The translations under genes were made by a program, and so were the position numbers. Below the pieces are notes generated by a model. That model was not told where the DNA came from, did no database searches, and worked only from the letters and a program-made list of their open reading frames with translations. A DNA stretch of 64,000 nt from Macrostomum lignano. Taxonomy: Eukaryota. The stretch is taken from assembly GCA_002269645.1 (NCBI GenBank), contig NIVC01000449.1, positions 124,001 to 188,000 on the forward strand, in the 5' to 3' direction. This document shows, one piece after another, positions 39,220 to 53,699 of the stretch; position 1 is the stretch's first letter, and each line of letters begins with the position of its first letter.

Positions 39220-41617
39220 ATGGCTGAGGCTTGCGATGCCCCCCGAAGATCGACTGCTCCCACAAATATTCCAAATCAAAGCGAAGACGAAGGTAGGCTT
39301 TTGATTTTTTACTGAAGCCTTTCCAAGTTTACCTTTAATCTGTTAATATAGTTGGGGTAGTAAATGAATCTTTACTCTATTCGAACTATTTTCAAGCTAA
39401 ATTCAAATGACCCTTTGACTGAGTGGCACCTGCAAACTTAAGATCCGTACAGAATCAGTAATTCTAACTTGAAATCTGCCGTGATGGGTATACGCTCGTA
39501 ATTATCAGTTGTAACTATAATAAAATTAACATATTTTGGACATTGCGCTTTATCCTGTATGGCAAATTTTCATGCAAAAAAACGATTTTTGGTCGGTGCA
39601 TTGCTTTGTTTGAGTGACTGAAAAATCAACAGCTAAAGTGCTGCTTCGTGCCTTTTCTGGTCATTCTCCCTATGACATTCAATCAGCAAGTGCAAGTGGT
39701 CCAGAAGAAAGCACTTCTATGCTGGTACGGGTAGCAGTATACGAGGGTACAGCAGATACAAAATGGTATATTGTCGCGTAACTATTACAATATATATATG
39801 CTACTATATGCTATATACATGGTACTGGTTTGGAGTAGCCGGCTCAAAGGTCAAACAAACTGAGCAGTGCACATGCACTACAAGTTATATGTACATGTGT
39901 ATGTGAGTTCATCAGTAGTTTTGAAAAAAATTATGTTCTAAATTTTGTTTAAATTTCAGTCGAACAAAATTCACGACCGCAAACAACGCCAACGCCGAAA
40001 CCCGTCCAGCTGCCTTCATTCAGTGGACAATGCAGGGCTGTTATATTCAACCAGGCATACAATCAGGAAGTCAACTGCTGCTTAGAAGTTCGCGACTATG
40101 AGCGCTTCTTGGACCGCTGCGGATTCATTGTCAACTATGTACCATCGACCGATTTTAGCGACATAAAAAATGGAATCGAGGGCGTAGCGAAGGACGCCAA
40201 ACAGCTGGTTGTGGTCGTACTGCTTGAGTCTGACGAACCCGCCGACCTTGACGAAATTGTCAAACTGCTTTTGGCTGCAAATGACTCAACGCAGAAGCTG
40301 CTTATATTCTGCAGAATCTCCAACACGGACGCCGAAGAGAAAGCCGATTGCGTTAAGCTGATGAGGCCAGACGAGTGTCGAGGGAAGCTGCGCAACATGG
40401 TGCTCATGAGCATCACCGTGAAGATGCGAGATGAAGTGAGGACCTTCCTGCAGCTGCTCGCTGATCTAAAAAAGAGAAAGTGGCACAGCAGGGGTCTCGG
40501 CGAGTTGATTCAGTACGAAATCGAGAGCGAAGTTTTCGATAAGTTCAGGTTGAAGACGCAGAATGGCTTGACTGGCGAGTTCATCCAGCCACGGCTGCCG
40601 GTGAAAATGCTGAAGGACAGGGAGGAGTTCGCCAGAATTATTGGCGACGGATCGCACCTGAAGCAGCTGGACGCCGAAACAGTCGAGAGACTGAAGACTG
40701 ATCCCAATCCGATTGACGATCTGGTTTACTACATTGGAAATCGTGCTACAAAAAAAGCTCTGATAATTCATAACGTAAGTTTCGTGCTTCCAACCTTGAA
40801 TCGACCCGAGAGCTACATGGATTTTAAGAACCTGCGTCACGTGCTGACTCTTATGCAGTTCAGTGTGACAGAAATGGTTAACCTGACAGCTGAGCAGATG
40901 CGGGAGGCGGTGAGAAACTTTGCCAACGATGAGAGCCATGGAGACGCTTGCGTCCTGGCTATCATGTCGCACGGTAGCCTCGGCATTATCTGCGGCACGG
41001 ACTACAGAAGAGGGGAAAAATTGGGCATCGTTGAAGAGTTTGAAATACTCCAACTGATGTCCAGAGGCGCCGGTGTCTGGGCCAAGCCCAGACTGGTTCT
41101 CATTCAAGCCTGTCGGATCGATTCGAGCGAGGCAGAAAAACTGGCGGCGAACTCGGAGAGAGTCTGCGCGATGATGACGGAGATGGCCATCCAGGTGGGC
41201 ATTCACCAAGGCAATCCTGCCAGCGGATCTGAGCCGCCGCCTGAGCAGAGCGGGCTGATCGTGGCCCATTCGACATCGCCTGGGGACTTCGCTTTTCGAA
41301 GTAGTTACGGCAGTCGCTTCATTTTAGCCCTGTGCGCAACCTTTTACGAGTTCGCCCATAAAGAGGATCTGGTCTCCATGCTCACCAGGATCAACTTCGC
41401 CATGGTTCGCGGATTTAAACAGCCTGAACTGAATGGAGAAGTTCTGTCACTACAACTGCCATGCTGGACAGTGCAGACGCATAAGAAGTTTTTCCTTGTT
41501 AGTACGCAGAGTCTATTTGAAGGGCCGGCAGAAGCGATGGCGGATCGGGTGGATCAACAGCAGCCCAAGTCAAGCCGAATTCCTCTCTCCGGAGAGGTGT
41601 CGGAGAATCAATTATAG
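39220..41617 (+). CDS. Caspase (peptidase C14A) with an N-terminal degenerate caspase-like domain; exons 39220-39292 and 39960-41617 (576 aa)
   Basis: C-terminal domain: KKALIIHN, NRPESYMD, IMSHG (His 40970-72), LIQACRI (Cys 41111-13), HSTSPGDFAFR..GSRFILAL, KKFF. Donor GAAG|GTAGG and acceptor TTTCAG|TC are phase 1 and in frame with the 502-aa ORF. Confidence 0.9.
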
Positions 41618-41911
41618 AAAAAAACTGGTTGAATACAGTACAGATACGAGTATTTATGCTCCAGTTTCACATACTTGCTGTTTCAAGACCCTATAATCAC
41701 TATAATTATTTGCAGTCTTCTCTAAAGTTTTATTACAATACGAGAGCATCCTCTTGAGTTCGAACTTGCATAAAATGGCGATTAAAATCATGTCAATTTT
41801 CAGGACGAAAACAGGCTCTCAGATTTTGCGTGTAATACTCGCCACCTATTCAAAAGTGTGTGACAACAATCAGCCGGTATTACGAGTCTTCTCTATTATT
41901 ACGGCTAGATT

Positions 41912-42723
<812 letters not shown>

Positions 42724-42982
42724 CCTTTTCAAGATGCTTAGTCATACACTTCTATGCTTTAAATCTGTTTTTCTATAGCACCTAACATCTTTATTTTTGT
42801 GCAAGGCTTCAACCGCAAAAACTTTAACCAATCAGCGTGCTTCAATTCACTTTTTTAACTAATTATACGTACACATCTTTACTCATCACTGCTCAGTGCA
42901 CCCCCAAAAGTCACATATATATATTGAAATTATGTTAAAATAACTTCACAGCCAATATATTTGTTTTTAAACCCGAATAAAT

Positions 42983-43023
42983 AAACCCTGACAAAGGCCC
43001 AGTCCAGGCCGAAATATCGGTTT
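42983..43023 (+). ncRNA. Minimal type-I hammerhead-ribozyme-like motif (Penelope/retrozyme type), probably inactive
   Basis: AAACC-CTGACAA-A-GGCC(CAGTCCA)GGCC-GAAA-TA-TC-GGTTT. Stem I AAACC/GGTTT, stem II GGCC/GGCC, short palindromic stem III. The core has A at G8. Confidence 0.55.
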
Positions 43024-43112
43024 CTGAATATTCGACAACTAACGTTCTTCAATATTTCCGTGTGTGTGGTTTGCAGTTTGAAACTGCCTTTTGCATATCT
43101 ATCTATCTATCC

Positions 43113-43175
<63 letters not shown>

Positions 43176-43228
43176 CATCTATCTATCTATCTATCTATCT
43201 ATCATCTATCTATCTACCCAACCCTCAG

Positions 43229-46200
43229 GGTGTGCCCATGTGTAATACTCTACCTGGCTGCAGTGATCCCCCCAGTATGGATAGCGGAGTTCGACCTGGT
43301 GATAATCTATCGCATTCTCAATGGCTCCGAAGCCACGGACGCTTCAGAGGACGCAGCCTTCTTGATCGGCCACGGCCGACGAAATTTATCTGCTCATCCG
43401 GAAAAGGTGCGTTCAGTGAGTTACTGTTAGTAGCGCTGTTGGGATGTTTTCAAAGTTTCATAGTGAGAGACGAAGAAACGGCAAGATTGTGTCTAATATT
43501 TTCGTCGATTTTTAAGCGCTCTGGTGTAAGACTAAGAAAATGAAGTTAAAGAAATTTGGGCTGACACGAAGATTTTGAGACACTGATATTTTTAGACACT
43601 GGGCTTTTGAAACACTGAGATAGAGTGACATTTGAGACACTGAGTGAGATTTTTTGACAGCGGGTGAGATTTTGAGACACTGAGTGAGATTCTGAGACAC
43701 TGAGTGAGCTTTTGAGACAGACTGGTTTTTAGACACTAAAACAAAGTGTGATTTTGAGACACTGATATTTTTAGATACTGGGCTTTTGAAACACTGAGAT
43801 AGAGTGACATTTGAGACACTGAGTGAGATTTCGAGACCCTGAGTGAGATTTTGAGACACTGAGTGAGATTTTGAGACACTGAGTGAGATTTTGAGATTTT
43901 GAGTGAGATTTTAAGACACCGACTGAGATTTTGAGACACTAACACAAAGTGTGATTTTGAGACACTGAGTGAGATTTTGAGACACTGAGTAAGATTTTGA
44001 GACACTGAGTGAGATTTTGAGACACTGAGTAAGATTTTGAGACACTGAGTGAGATTTTGAGACACTGAGTGAGATTTTGAGACACTGAGTGAGATTTTGA
44101 GACACTGATATTTTTAGATACTGGGCTTTTGAAACACTGAGATAGAGTGACATTTGAGACACTGAGTAAGATTTTGAGATTTTGAGTGAGATTTTAAGAC
44201 ACCGACTGAGATTTTCAGACACTAACACAAAGTGTGATTTTGAGACACTGAGTGAGATTTTGAGACACCGAGTAAGATTTTGAGACACTGAGTGAGATTT
44301 TGAGACACTAACACAAAGTGTGATTTTGAGACACTGAGTGAGATTTTGAGACACTGAGTAAGATTTTGAGACACTGAGTGAGATTTTGAGACACTGAGTG
44401 AGATTTTGAGACACTGAGTAAGATTTTGAGTCATTGAGTGAGATTTTGAGACACTGAGTAAGATTTTGAGACACGGAGTGAGATTTTGAGACACTGAGTG
44501 AGATTTTGAGACACTGAGTAAGATTTTGAGACACTGAGCGAGCTTTTGAGACACCGACTGAGATTTTGAGACACTAAAACAAAGTGTGATTTTGAGACAC
44601 TGAGTGAGATTTTGAGACACTGAGTAAGGTTTTGAGACTCTGAGTGAGATTTTGAGACACTGAGTGAGATTTTGAGACACTTAGTAAGCTTTTGAGACAC
44701 CGACTGAGATTTTGAGACACTAACACAAAGTATGATTTTGAGACACTGAGTGAGATTTTGAGACACTGAGTAAGATTTTGAGACACTGAGTGAGATTTTG
44801 AGACACTGAGTGAGATTTTGAGACACTGAGTGAGATTTTGAGACACGGAGTGAGATTTTGAGACACTGAGCGAGCTTTTGAGACACCGATTGAGATTTTG
44901 AGCCACTAAAACAAAGTGTGATTTTGAGACACTGAGTGAGATTTCGAGACACTGAGTGAGATTTTGAGACACTGAGTAAGATTTTGAGACACTGAGCGAG
45001 CTTTTGAGACACCGACTGAGATTTTGAGGCACTAAAACAAAGTGTGATTTTGAGACACTGAGTGAGATTTTGAGACACTTAGTTAGATTTTGAGTCATTG
45101 AGTGAGATTTTGAGACACTGAGTGAGATTTTGAGACACTTAGTAAGATTTTTAGTCATTGAGTGAGATTTTGAGACACTGAGTGAGATTTTGAGACACTG
45201 AGTGAGCTTTTGAGACACCGACTGAGATTTTGAGACACTGAGTGAGATTTTGAGACACTGAGTGAGATTTTGAGATACTGAGACAGAGTGAGACTTTGAG
45301 ACAGTGAAACAAAGTGAGACTTTGAGTAAAGCTGATTTTCATCACAAACGTTTAACATGTATATTGCACAGTCCCTCCTGGGCATCGACACTGGGCTCAG
45401 CTTCAAAGAGGAGACCCGCATTCTGATGGAGGAGATCCTTCTGCTCGTGCTCATCATTGGCCGCTGGATATTGCCCCGCCAGCAGATCTCCAAGGAGCAG
45501 AAGTCCGCCCTGCTCATTGGGTACATCGGCATGTCTGCTGACATTCTCGAGCTCTACGAATACTTCAAGGATGACAGGTAACAATAGAAAGCGGACTGGG
45601 GGAGGTGGCAGAGCAGCTGGTATGCACACCTGGGTTCGAGTCTGGTCTCAATGTTTGAGCCCAAAAAGGCTCATAGAGAGTGTACATTCCTGACGATTAG
45701 AAAGTAAGAGGCATACCTAAGTGCTTAGAGGTCACTCCAAAGCTACTGCAGAGGGGGGCGCCAAAGCTACTGCAGAGGGGGCGCCAAAGCTACTGCAGAG
45801 GGGGGCTCCAAAGCTACTTCAGAGGGAGTGCCAAAGCTACTGCAGAGGGGGGCGTCAAAGCTACTGCAGAGGGGGCGCCAAAGCTACTGCAGAGGGGGGC
45901 GCCAAAGCTACTGCAGAGGGGGGCGCCAAAGCTACTACAGAGGGGGGCGCCAAAGCTACTGCAGAGGGGGCGCCAAAGCTACTAAAGAGGGGGGTGCCAA
46001 AGCTACTGCAGAGGGGGGCGCCAAAGCTACTGCAGAGGGGGGAGGCGCCAAAGCTACTGCAGAGGGGGGCGTCAAAGCTACTGCAGAGGGGGGCGTCAAA
46101 GCTACTGCAGAGGAGGCGCCAAAGCTACTGCAGAGGGGGCGCCAAAGCTACTGCAGAGCGGGCGACAAAGCTACTGCAGAGGTTGCGCAAAAGCTACTGC

Positions 46201-46693
46201 AGAGGAGGGTGGATCAAAGCTACTACAATGGTCAGCAGGGAATCGAACCCCTGTAAACCAACCATCCCACAGGCTGAAGACCAACCAGACCATCATCACC
46301 ATCCTTCTATCCGTGTGGACCAGCGCCATGCTGCAGTTCGTTTTCGTCTTCACTGCCAGACGGGTTGTCGGTGGAAATCCCAGCAGCTTCGGCAGCCTCC
46401 TGGTCAACACGGACATGTGGGCCATTGTCTGCAACCTGCTGCTGCAGGATGCACCGTTTCTGGCTGTCCGATTCTACCTGCTGGTGAAGTACGCGATTGT
46501 GAGCGAGACTAGCGTGTTCTTTCTGGTGAAGAACAGCCTGCTCACTGTGCTCATCCTGCACCGGATTCACTCGCTCATTGTCGAATGGAGAATTGAATGG
46601 TGCCAGAATCGCCAGCTCCATCACCCGGAGGCTGGAGTTATATCTGCTCCTGGGAATGCAGACTCGAATGGACCGCCTGCGGTGCCAGTCTGA
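43229..46693 (+). CDS. TMEM26: TMEM26-like copy B, exons 2-4 only (43229-43406, 45372-45577, 46273-46693); no exon 1 of its own
   Basis: Exon lengths are identical to copy A (178/206/421 nt), splice sites intact, no stops or frameshifts. No exon-1 homolog between 41617 and 43229. Confidence 0.75.
43555..45310. repeat. 20-bp minisatellite (copy B intron 2, ~4x longer than in copy A)
   Basis: Unit GAGATTTTGAGACACTGAGT. Confidence 0.95.
45735..46225. repeat. 21-22-bp minisatellite (copy B intron 3)
   Basis: Unit GCCAAAGCTACTGCAGAGGGG(G)GC. Confidence 0.93.
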
Positions 46694-46774
46694 ACGGCTG
46701 TCCGGGGAACTTAAACTGCTTGCACTGATATTGCAGTTGCTTGGGAATTACTGCGGCTCTTTGATCTGTCCCGT

Positions 46775-47770
<996 letters not shown>

Positions 47771-48549
47771 CTTCTTTCCCTTTCTCTCTGTCGTTTCTTC
47801 ATCTTCATTCTTCATTTTTCATTTTTCATTTTTATTTCTTCATCCCAAACTTCAGAGAGAGTTCTTTCTTCTTTCATCTCCCATCAATTCCTCCTGTTCA
47901 TCTCTCTCTGCTTTTTACTTGACTTATTAAAGTCGTGGTTCTGTACTTATTTATACTTTAATCTTTTATACTTTTCTCGAAAAGACAATTTGCTCGTAAG
48001 ATGCAGTAAGCGTGTTTCTCTTTTGTCTGTCCTACTCAAACTTTAATATTTTTTTCTTTAAAGAAAACCAGAAATAAAACTAAAACAATTTTAAACCGAA
48101 AGCATTGGATTTACAACGTCAAGGCGAATTCTTGGCACAGCTGCTGTCAACACTTGCTGTATGGGATTGAAATTTCCCACTTTATTCCTCTGGATTTGCG
48201 GTGCATTGTGGGCGGGGATGGCTAGCGGCTGGGGGAGTCTTGGGGATCGGTTTTTTATTGCCTTCTGGACTCGGCACCTCGTTGGCGGCTCATAAAGCGC
48301 AGGCAAGCGTGCGGAGGTGGGGCTGTGCGGGGGGTGCTTTTGGACTCGGGGAAGGAATCCAAGTTCAGAAATCCATCGCCGTGCATGGACTGCTAAAATA
48401 GTTATAGCTAGAATCTGGATTGGAAACTTTTATTGAAATACTTCTGGATTAGAACTAATTACTATTGATTTGAATGAGGATTAAACATTATTAGTTTTAT
48501 ACCTGAATAGTTTGTAAATAAACCATGTAAAGTGTAAAGAAAAGGCGCT

Positions 48550-49325
48550 GACAACCATGAGAACAGGATTATCAGAACAAGAAAAGACCATTAAAATAAG
48601 AAGACGGAAAAGATGAGAACAACGAAACTACAAAGTATTAGAATCAAGAGATTAAGATCAACTATGAGAACCATTAGAACAACTATGATAATCATGAGAA
48701 CAACTATGAGAATTATGAAAACAATTATGAGAATCATGAGAACACAACTATGAGAATCATGAGAACAACTATGAGAATCATGAGAACAACTATGAGAATC
48801 GTAAGAACAACTATGAGAATCATGAGAACGACTAAGAGAATCATGAGAACGACTAAGAGAATCATGAGAACAACTATGAGAATTATGAGAACAACTATGA
48901 TAATCATGAGAACAACTATGATAATCATGAGAACAACTATGATAATCATGAGAACAACTATGATAATCATGAGAACAACTATGATAATAATGAGAACAAC
49001 TATGAGAATCATAAGAACAACTATGAGAATCATGAGAACGACTAAGAGAATCATGAGAACGACTAAGAGAATCATGAGAACAACTATGAGAATTATGAGA
49101 ACAACTATGATAATCATGAGAACAACTATGATAATCATGAGAACAACTATGAGAATCATAAGAACAACTATGAGAATCATGAGAACGACTAAGAGAATCA
49201 TGAGAACGACTAAGAGAATCATAAGAACAACTATGAAAATTATGAGAACAACTATGAGAATCATGAGAACAACTATGAGAATCATGAGAACAACTATGAG
49301 AATCATGAGAACAACTATGAGAATG
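48550..49325. repeat. 21-bp minisatellite
   Basis: Unit ATGAGAACAACTATGAGAATC. Confidence 0.95.
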
Positions 49326-49749
49326 TATAGGGAAAACTATAGCAGTTTTATTAACATGGTCCACAACTCTGCTTATCCATCATGCCGCTCTCCAGATTCT
49401 GCAACTTTGGTTCGCCATGGCCCGCGGCCCGGTGGTCTTATAACAAGAAAGCAAAAATTAATTTCTATATTTTTCAATCCTCAATATTCAGGGTCAACAA
49501 AGGCAACGGGAATTGAAGGAGTTGTAAAACTGCAAGATGACTGGGGTGGGGGCGTCAGGATCCCCTTCTCATTGCGGGATTGAGTCTTCAACCGAGAAGG
49601 AAAAAGGGCAAGTCTAAAGTTGTAAAACGCCTTCAACCTACCTGTATTCACTGAAGCGTTATTAACAAGCGCAAAATCTGTTACACACACAAGCCTCTCT
49701 CTATTTCTCCCATTTTTGCTGGGAAGATTTTCCCCGGGCGAAAGAGAGC

Positions 49750-52388
49750 AAAAATATTCCCACAAATTTGAGAATATAAATAGAGAGGCCAAGTTGACAA
49801 AATGGGGGAGAGTTCAATTCAAACAAATAATTTCCTACAACAGTGAAAAAATTCTAACACGACTTGACAGAGTCTACAAGTTTTCAGGTAAGTTCCGATC
49901 GAGTGCAGTTAAACAAAATCGCAATATTAACAAAAGCATCTGAACTACGTCTTCAATGTGTCTGGTACTTCTTTGTTTTGAGCTGAGCTCAATTCTATTT
50001 TTTTTGTTTAGAGAAAGTTCATGACGTGTTGAAAATGTAGTTCGGAGCTTGATGCGTTGATCTTCGAAAAATTTTACCGGAAATTTCCCAGGTGCACTGC
50101 ACTGGACGCTCAAGTCATGGAAATAAGCCAGTTTAATTTATTCTGCAATTTAAGTGCATCAAGATGAAGCTTTATCTGATGAACTTTTTTAATCCAAAAA
50201 GTGAGATCCTTTTTGGTTTGAAAAATATTGACGATTTCATGATAAAGCTTAAATTTCTTGAGCACTTATTGCGAATCTCATCTACTATCTCCGTGGCTTA
50301 TGAACGTTCAATGCTGACTGGCCGAGCGTCTTATGAGAATGGAGCTTTGAAATCTGTATTTGTGTGGGTGTCCCTGTCTCTTGGAGTGGGGTGCCCCTGT
50401 CTCTTGGAGTGGGTGTCCCTGTCTCTTGGAGTGGGGTGTCCCTGTCTCTTGGAGTAGGTGTCCCTGTCTCTTGGAGTGGGTGTCCCTGTCTCTTGGAGTG
50501 GGTGTCCCTGTCTCTTGGAGTGGGGTGTCCCTGTCTCTTGGAGTAGGTGTCCCTGTCTCTTGGAGTGGGGTGTCCCTGTCTCTTGGAGTGGGGTGTCCCT
50601 GACTCTTGGAGAGTGGGTGTCCCTGACTCTTGGAGTGGGTGTCCCTGACTCTTGGAGTGGGTGTCCCTGACTCTTGGAGTGGGTGTCCCTGACTCTTGGA
50701 GTGGGTGTCCCTGACTCTTGGAGAGTGGGTGTCCCTGACTCTTGGAGTAGGGTGTCCCTGACTCTTGGAGTAGGGTGTCCCTGACTCTTGGAGAGTGGGT
50801 GTCCCTGACTCTTGGAGTGGGTGTCCCTGACTCTTGGAGAGTGGGTGTCCCTGACTCTTGGAGTGGGTGTCCCTGACTCTTGGAGAGTGGGTGTCCCTGA
50901 CTCTTGGAGTGGGTGTCCCTGACTCTTGGAGAGTGGGTGTCCCTGACTCTTGGAGTGGGTGTCCCTGACTCTTGGAGAGTGGGTGTCCCTGACTCTTGGA
51001 GTGGGTGTCCCTGACTCTTGGAGAGTGGGTGTCCCTGACTCTTGGAGTGGGTGTCCCTGACTCTTGGAGTGGGGTGTCCCTGACTCTTGGAGTAGGGTGT
51101 CCCTGACTCTTGGAGAGTGGGTGTCCCTGACTCTTGGAGTGGGTGTCCCTGACTCTTGGAGAGTGGGTGTCCCTGACTCTTGGAGTGGGTGTCCCTGACT
51201 CTTGGAGAGTGGGTGTCCCTGACTCTTGGAGTGGGTGTCCCTGACTCTTGGAGAGTGGGTGTCCCTGACTCTTGGAGTGGGTGTCCCTGACTCTTGGAGT
51301 GGGTGTCCCTGACTCTTGGAGAGTGGGTGTCCCTGTCTCTTGGAGTGGGTGTCCCTGACTCTTGGAGTGGGTGTCCCTGTCTCTTGGAGTGGGGTGTCCC
51401 TGTCTCTTGGAGAGTGGGTGTCCCTGACTCTTGGAGTGGGTGTCCCTGACTCTTGGAGTGGGTGTCCCTGACTCTTGGAGAGTGGGTGTCCCTGTCTCTT
51501 GGAGTGGGGTGTCCCTGTCTCTTGGAGTGGGGTGTCCCTGACTCTTGGAGAGTGGGTGTCCCTGACTCTTGGAGTGGGTGTCCCTGACTCTTGGAGAGTG
51601 GGTGTCCCTGACTCTTGGAGTGGGTGTCCCTGACTCTTGGAGAGTGGGTGTCCCTGACTCTTGGAGTGGGTGTCCCTGACTCTTGGAGAGTGGGTGTCCC
51701 TGTCTCTTGGAGTGGGTGTCCCTGACTCTTGGAGTGGGTGTCCCTGTCTCTTGGAGTGGGGTGTCCCTGTCTCTTGGAGAGTGGGTGTCCCTGTCTCTTG
51801 GAGTGGGTGTCCCTGTCTCTTGGAGTGGGTGTCCCTGTCTCTTGGAGTGGGGTGTCCCTGTCTCTTGGAGTGGGTGTCCCTGTCTCTTGGAGTGGGTGTC
51901 CCTGTCTCTTGGAGTGGGGTGTCCCTGTCTCTTGGAGTGGGTGTCCCTGTCTCTTGGAGTGGGGTGTCCCTGTCTCTTGGAGTGGGTGTCCCTGACTCTT
52001 GGAGTGGGTGTCCCTGTCTCTTGGAGTGGGTGTCCCTGTCTCTTGGAGTAGGGTGTCCCTGACTCTTGGAGAGTGGGTGTCCCTGACTCTTGGAGTGGGT
52101 GTCCCTGTCTCTTGGAGTAGGGTGTCCCTGACTCTTGGAGTGGGGTGTCCCTGTCTCTTGGAGTGGGGTGTCCCTGTCTCTTGGAGTGGGGTGTCCCTGT
52201 CTCTTGTAGTGGGGTGTCCCTGTCTCTTGGAGTGGGTGTCCCTGACTCTTGGAGTGGGGTGTCCCTGTCTCTTGGAGTTGGGTGTCCCTGTCTTTTGGAG
52301 TGGGGTGTCCCTGTCTCTTGGAGTGAGGTGTCCCTGTCTCTTGTAGTGGGGTGTCCCTGTCTCGTGGAGTGGGGTGGCTGCGCCCCTG
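49750..52388 (+). mobile_element. Left-truncated hAT element remnant: degraded transposase C-terminus, internal minisatellite and right TIR
   Basis: FLEHLLRISSTISVAYERS (~50255-50312) resembles the hAT dimerisation motif (LLRI..TLPV...ERSFS). GGCTGCGCCCCTG at 52376-52388 is the reverse complement of a CAGGGGCG(C/T)AGCC-type TIR like that of the 59195 element. No left TIR or TSD found. Confidence 0.45.
50365..52370. repeat. 22-24-bp minisatellite (~2 kb)
   Basis: Unit GGGTGTCCCTG(A/T)CTCTTGGA(GA)GT(G). Confidence 0.97.
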
Positions 52389-53699
52389 GTGCTAGCGAGA
52401 AAGGGAGATAGGAAGAGAGGGAGAGGGAGGGAGAGAAAGGGAGAGGAAGAGAGTTAGATAGGAGAGATAGAGAAGAAGAGTAGAGAGAAGGAGTACAAGG
52501 GATTAGAAATAAGAGCAAAAAAGCTGCATAAAAAGGTCAAGGGGAAATAATATCAAGCCTCAGGTGAAGTTAGGTCAGACAAGACGCCTAATGGGGACAA
52601 TTAAGGACAGCAGCAGAGATAATACCAGTCTAAGAGTTGATAATTATAAGAGGTGATGAGATAAGAGTCTAACAGCCACCCTCCATTCCAGACACCAGCC
52701 CAAGCTTGACAATAAACAACCGCGGTATCAAATAATTTATCTCTTGCCGCAGCCACTCGCCAGTTTAATGCACACATTATTTGGACCCCTGACGTTGCTA
52801 ATTAAGAGGGAATCCCCCCAGCGGCAGGGATCTCAGTTAGATCTATAAATAGACCCGACCTCGGGGCCCCTAGCGGTCTCTCGGTCCCACAAACAGATGT
52901 TGGGGGTGCCAGCTCGTCAGGGCCGCGTGGTGGCACTCCGTTGAAGGTCCCGAAGGTCGCTTGTATGTCTACAAGTCAGCCTAGAGGGTCGCCATCGTCC
53001 ATTTCATTCACCGATTATGTCTACTGACTGAATGCTGCATGCAGTAGAGGATTCTTCCATTTCAGTTTTAGGAACGCAGCCGTCTCTGAGCTGCCGATCG
53101 GGTGCTTTTGTTGAAGGTCCCGACAGTCGCTGCCGATGCTCCAGACAGTGATGAAGGGGACCCTGGTGCCTGGGATGCTGAGAGCAAAAGTCCCTACGAC
53201 TGATATGCATAGTTTGTTGAGCCAACGTGGTTTCATGATGAGATTTTGTGAGCAGACAAATTTTGCCAATGTTGGTGGTTTTTGCCACCAGACACCCCGA
53301 GGAGAATCGTTGAATATCTCGACGATGACGATTTTTCGGGATTTTCAAAGTTGCTTCATCGAAAAGAGCGGAAAATTGTAGCCCGTGTTCTGGATTTTGA
53401 TGGCAATTGGTTGAATATTCTTGGAGATCCAGACAAAAGAAAAATGTGTGTATTTGAAATACACCCCATGGTCTTTCTACTGTTACAAGCGCAAGCAAGA
53501 TGTGAATGAAGTTTATCAAATAGAAAGCAACATTTTTCTGTGCTTATTTTAAAAACTAAATTTATAAAGTAAAGCCACCCTTCTACAAGTTCATATTTCT
53601 AGTTGAATGCGTCACTGACCTTGTCTTGTATTCTGCTAGCTTCGGTTCAGTTTTCAGTTCATTTTGGCGCCTTCGGACACTAATTAAGACGCCTCCATT

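Noticed and set aside
52640-53000. LTR/PBS or promoter (TATAAATA at 52844)
   Set aside because: AATAAA precedes the TATA, the PBS-like match is interrupted, and no partner LTR or linked gene could be established.
53282-53509. 75-aa ORF (IVEYLDDDDFSGFSKLL...) as an upstream exon of the ankyrin gene
   Set aside because: No recognisable domain and no supportable splice path; unresolved.
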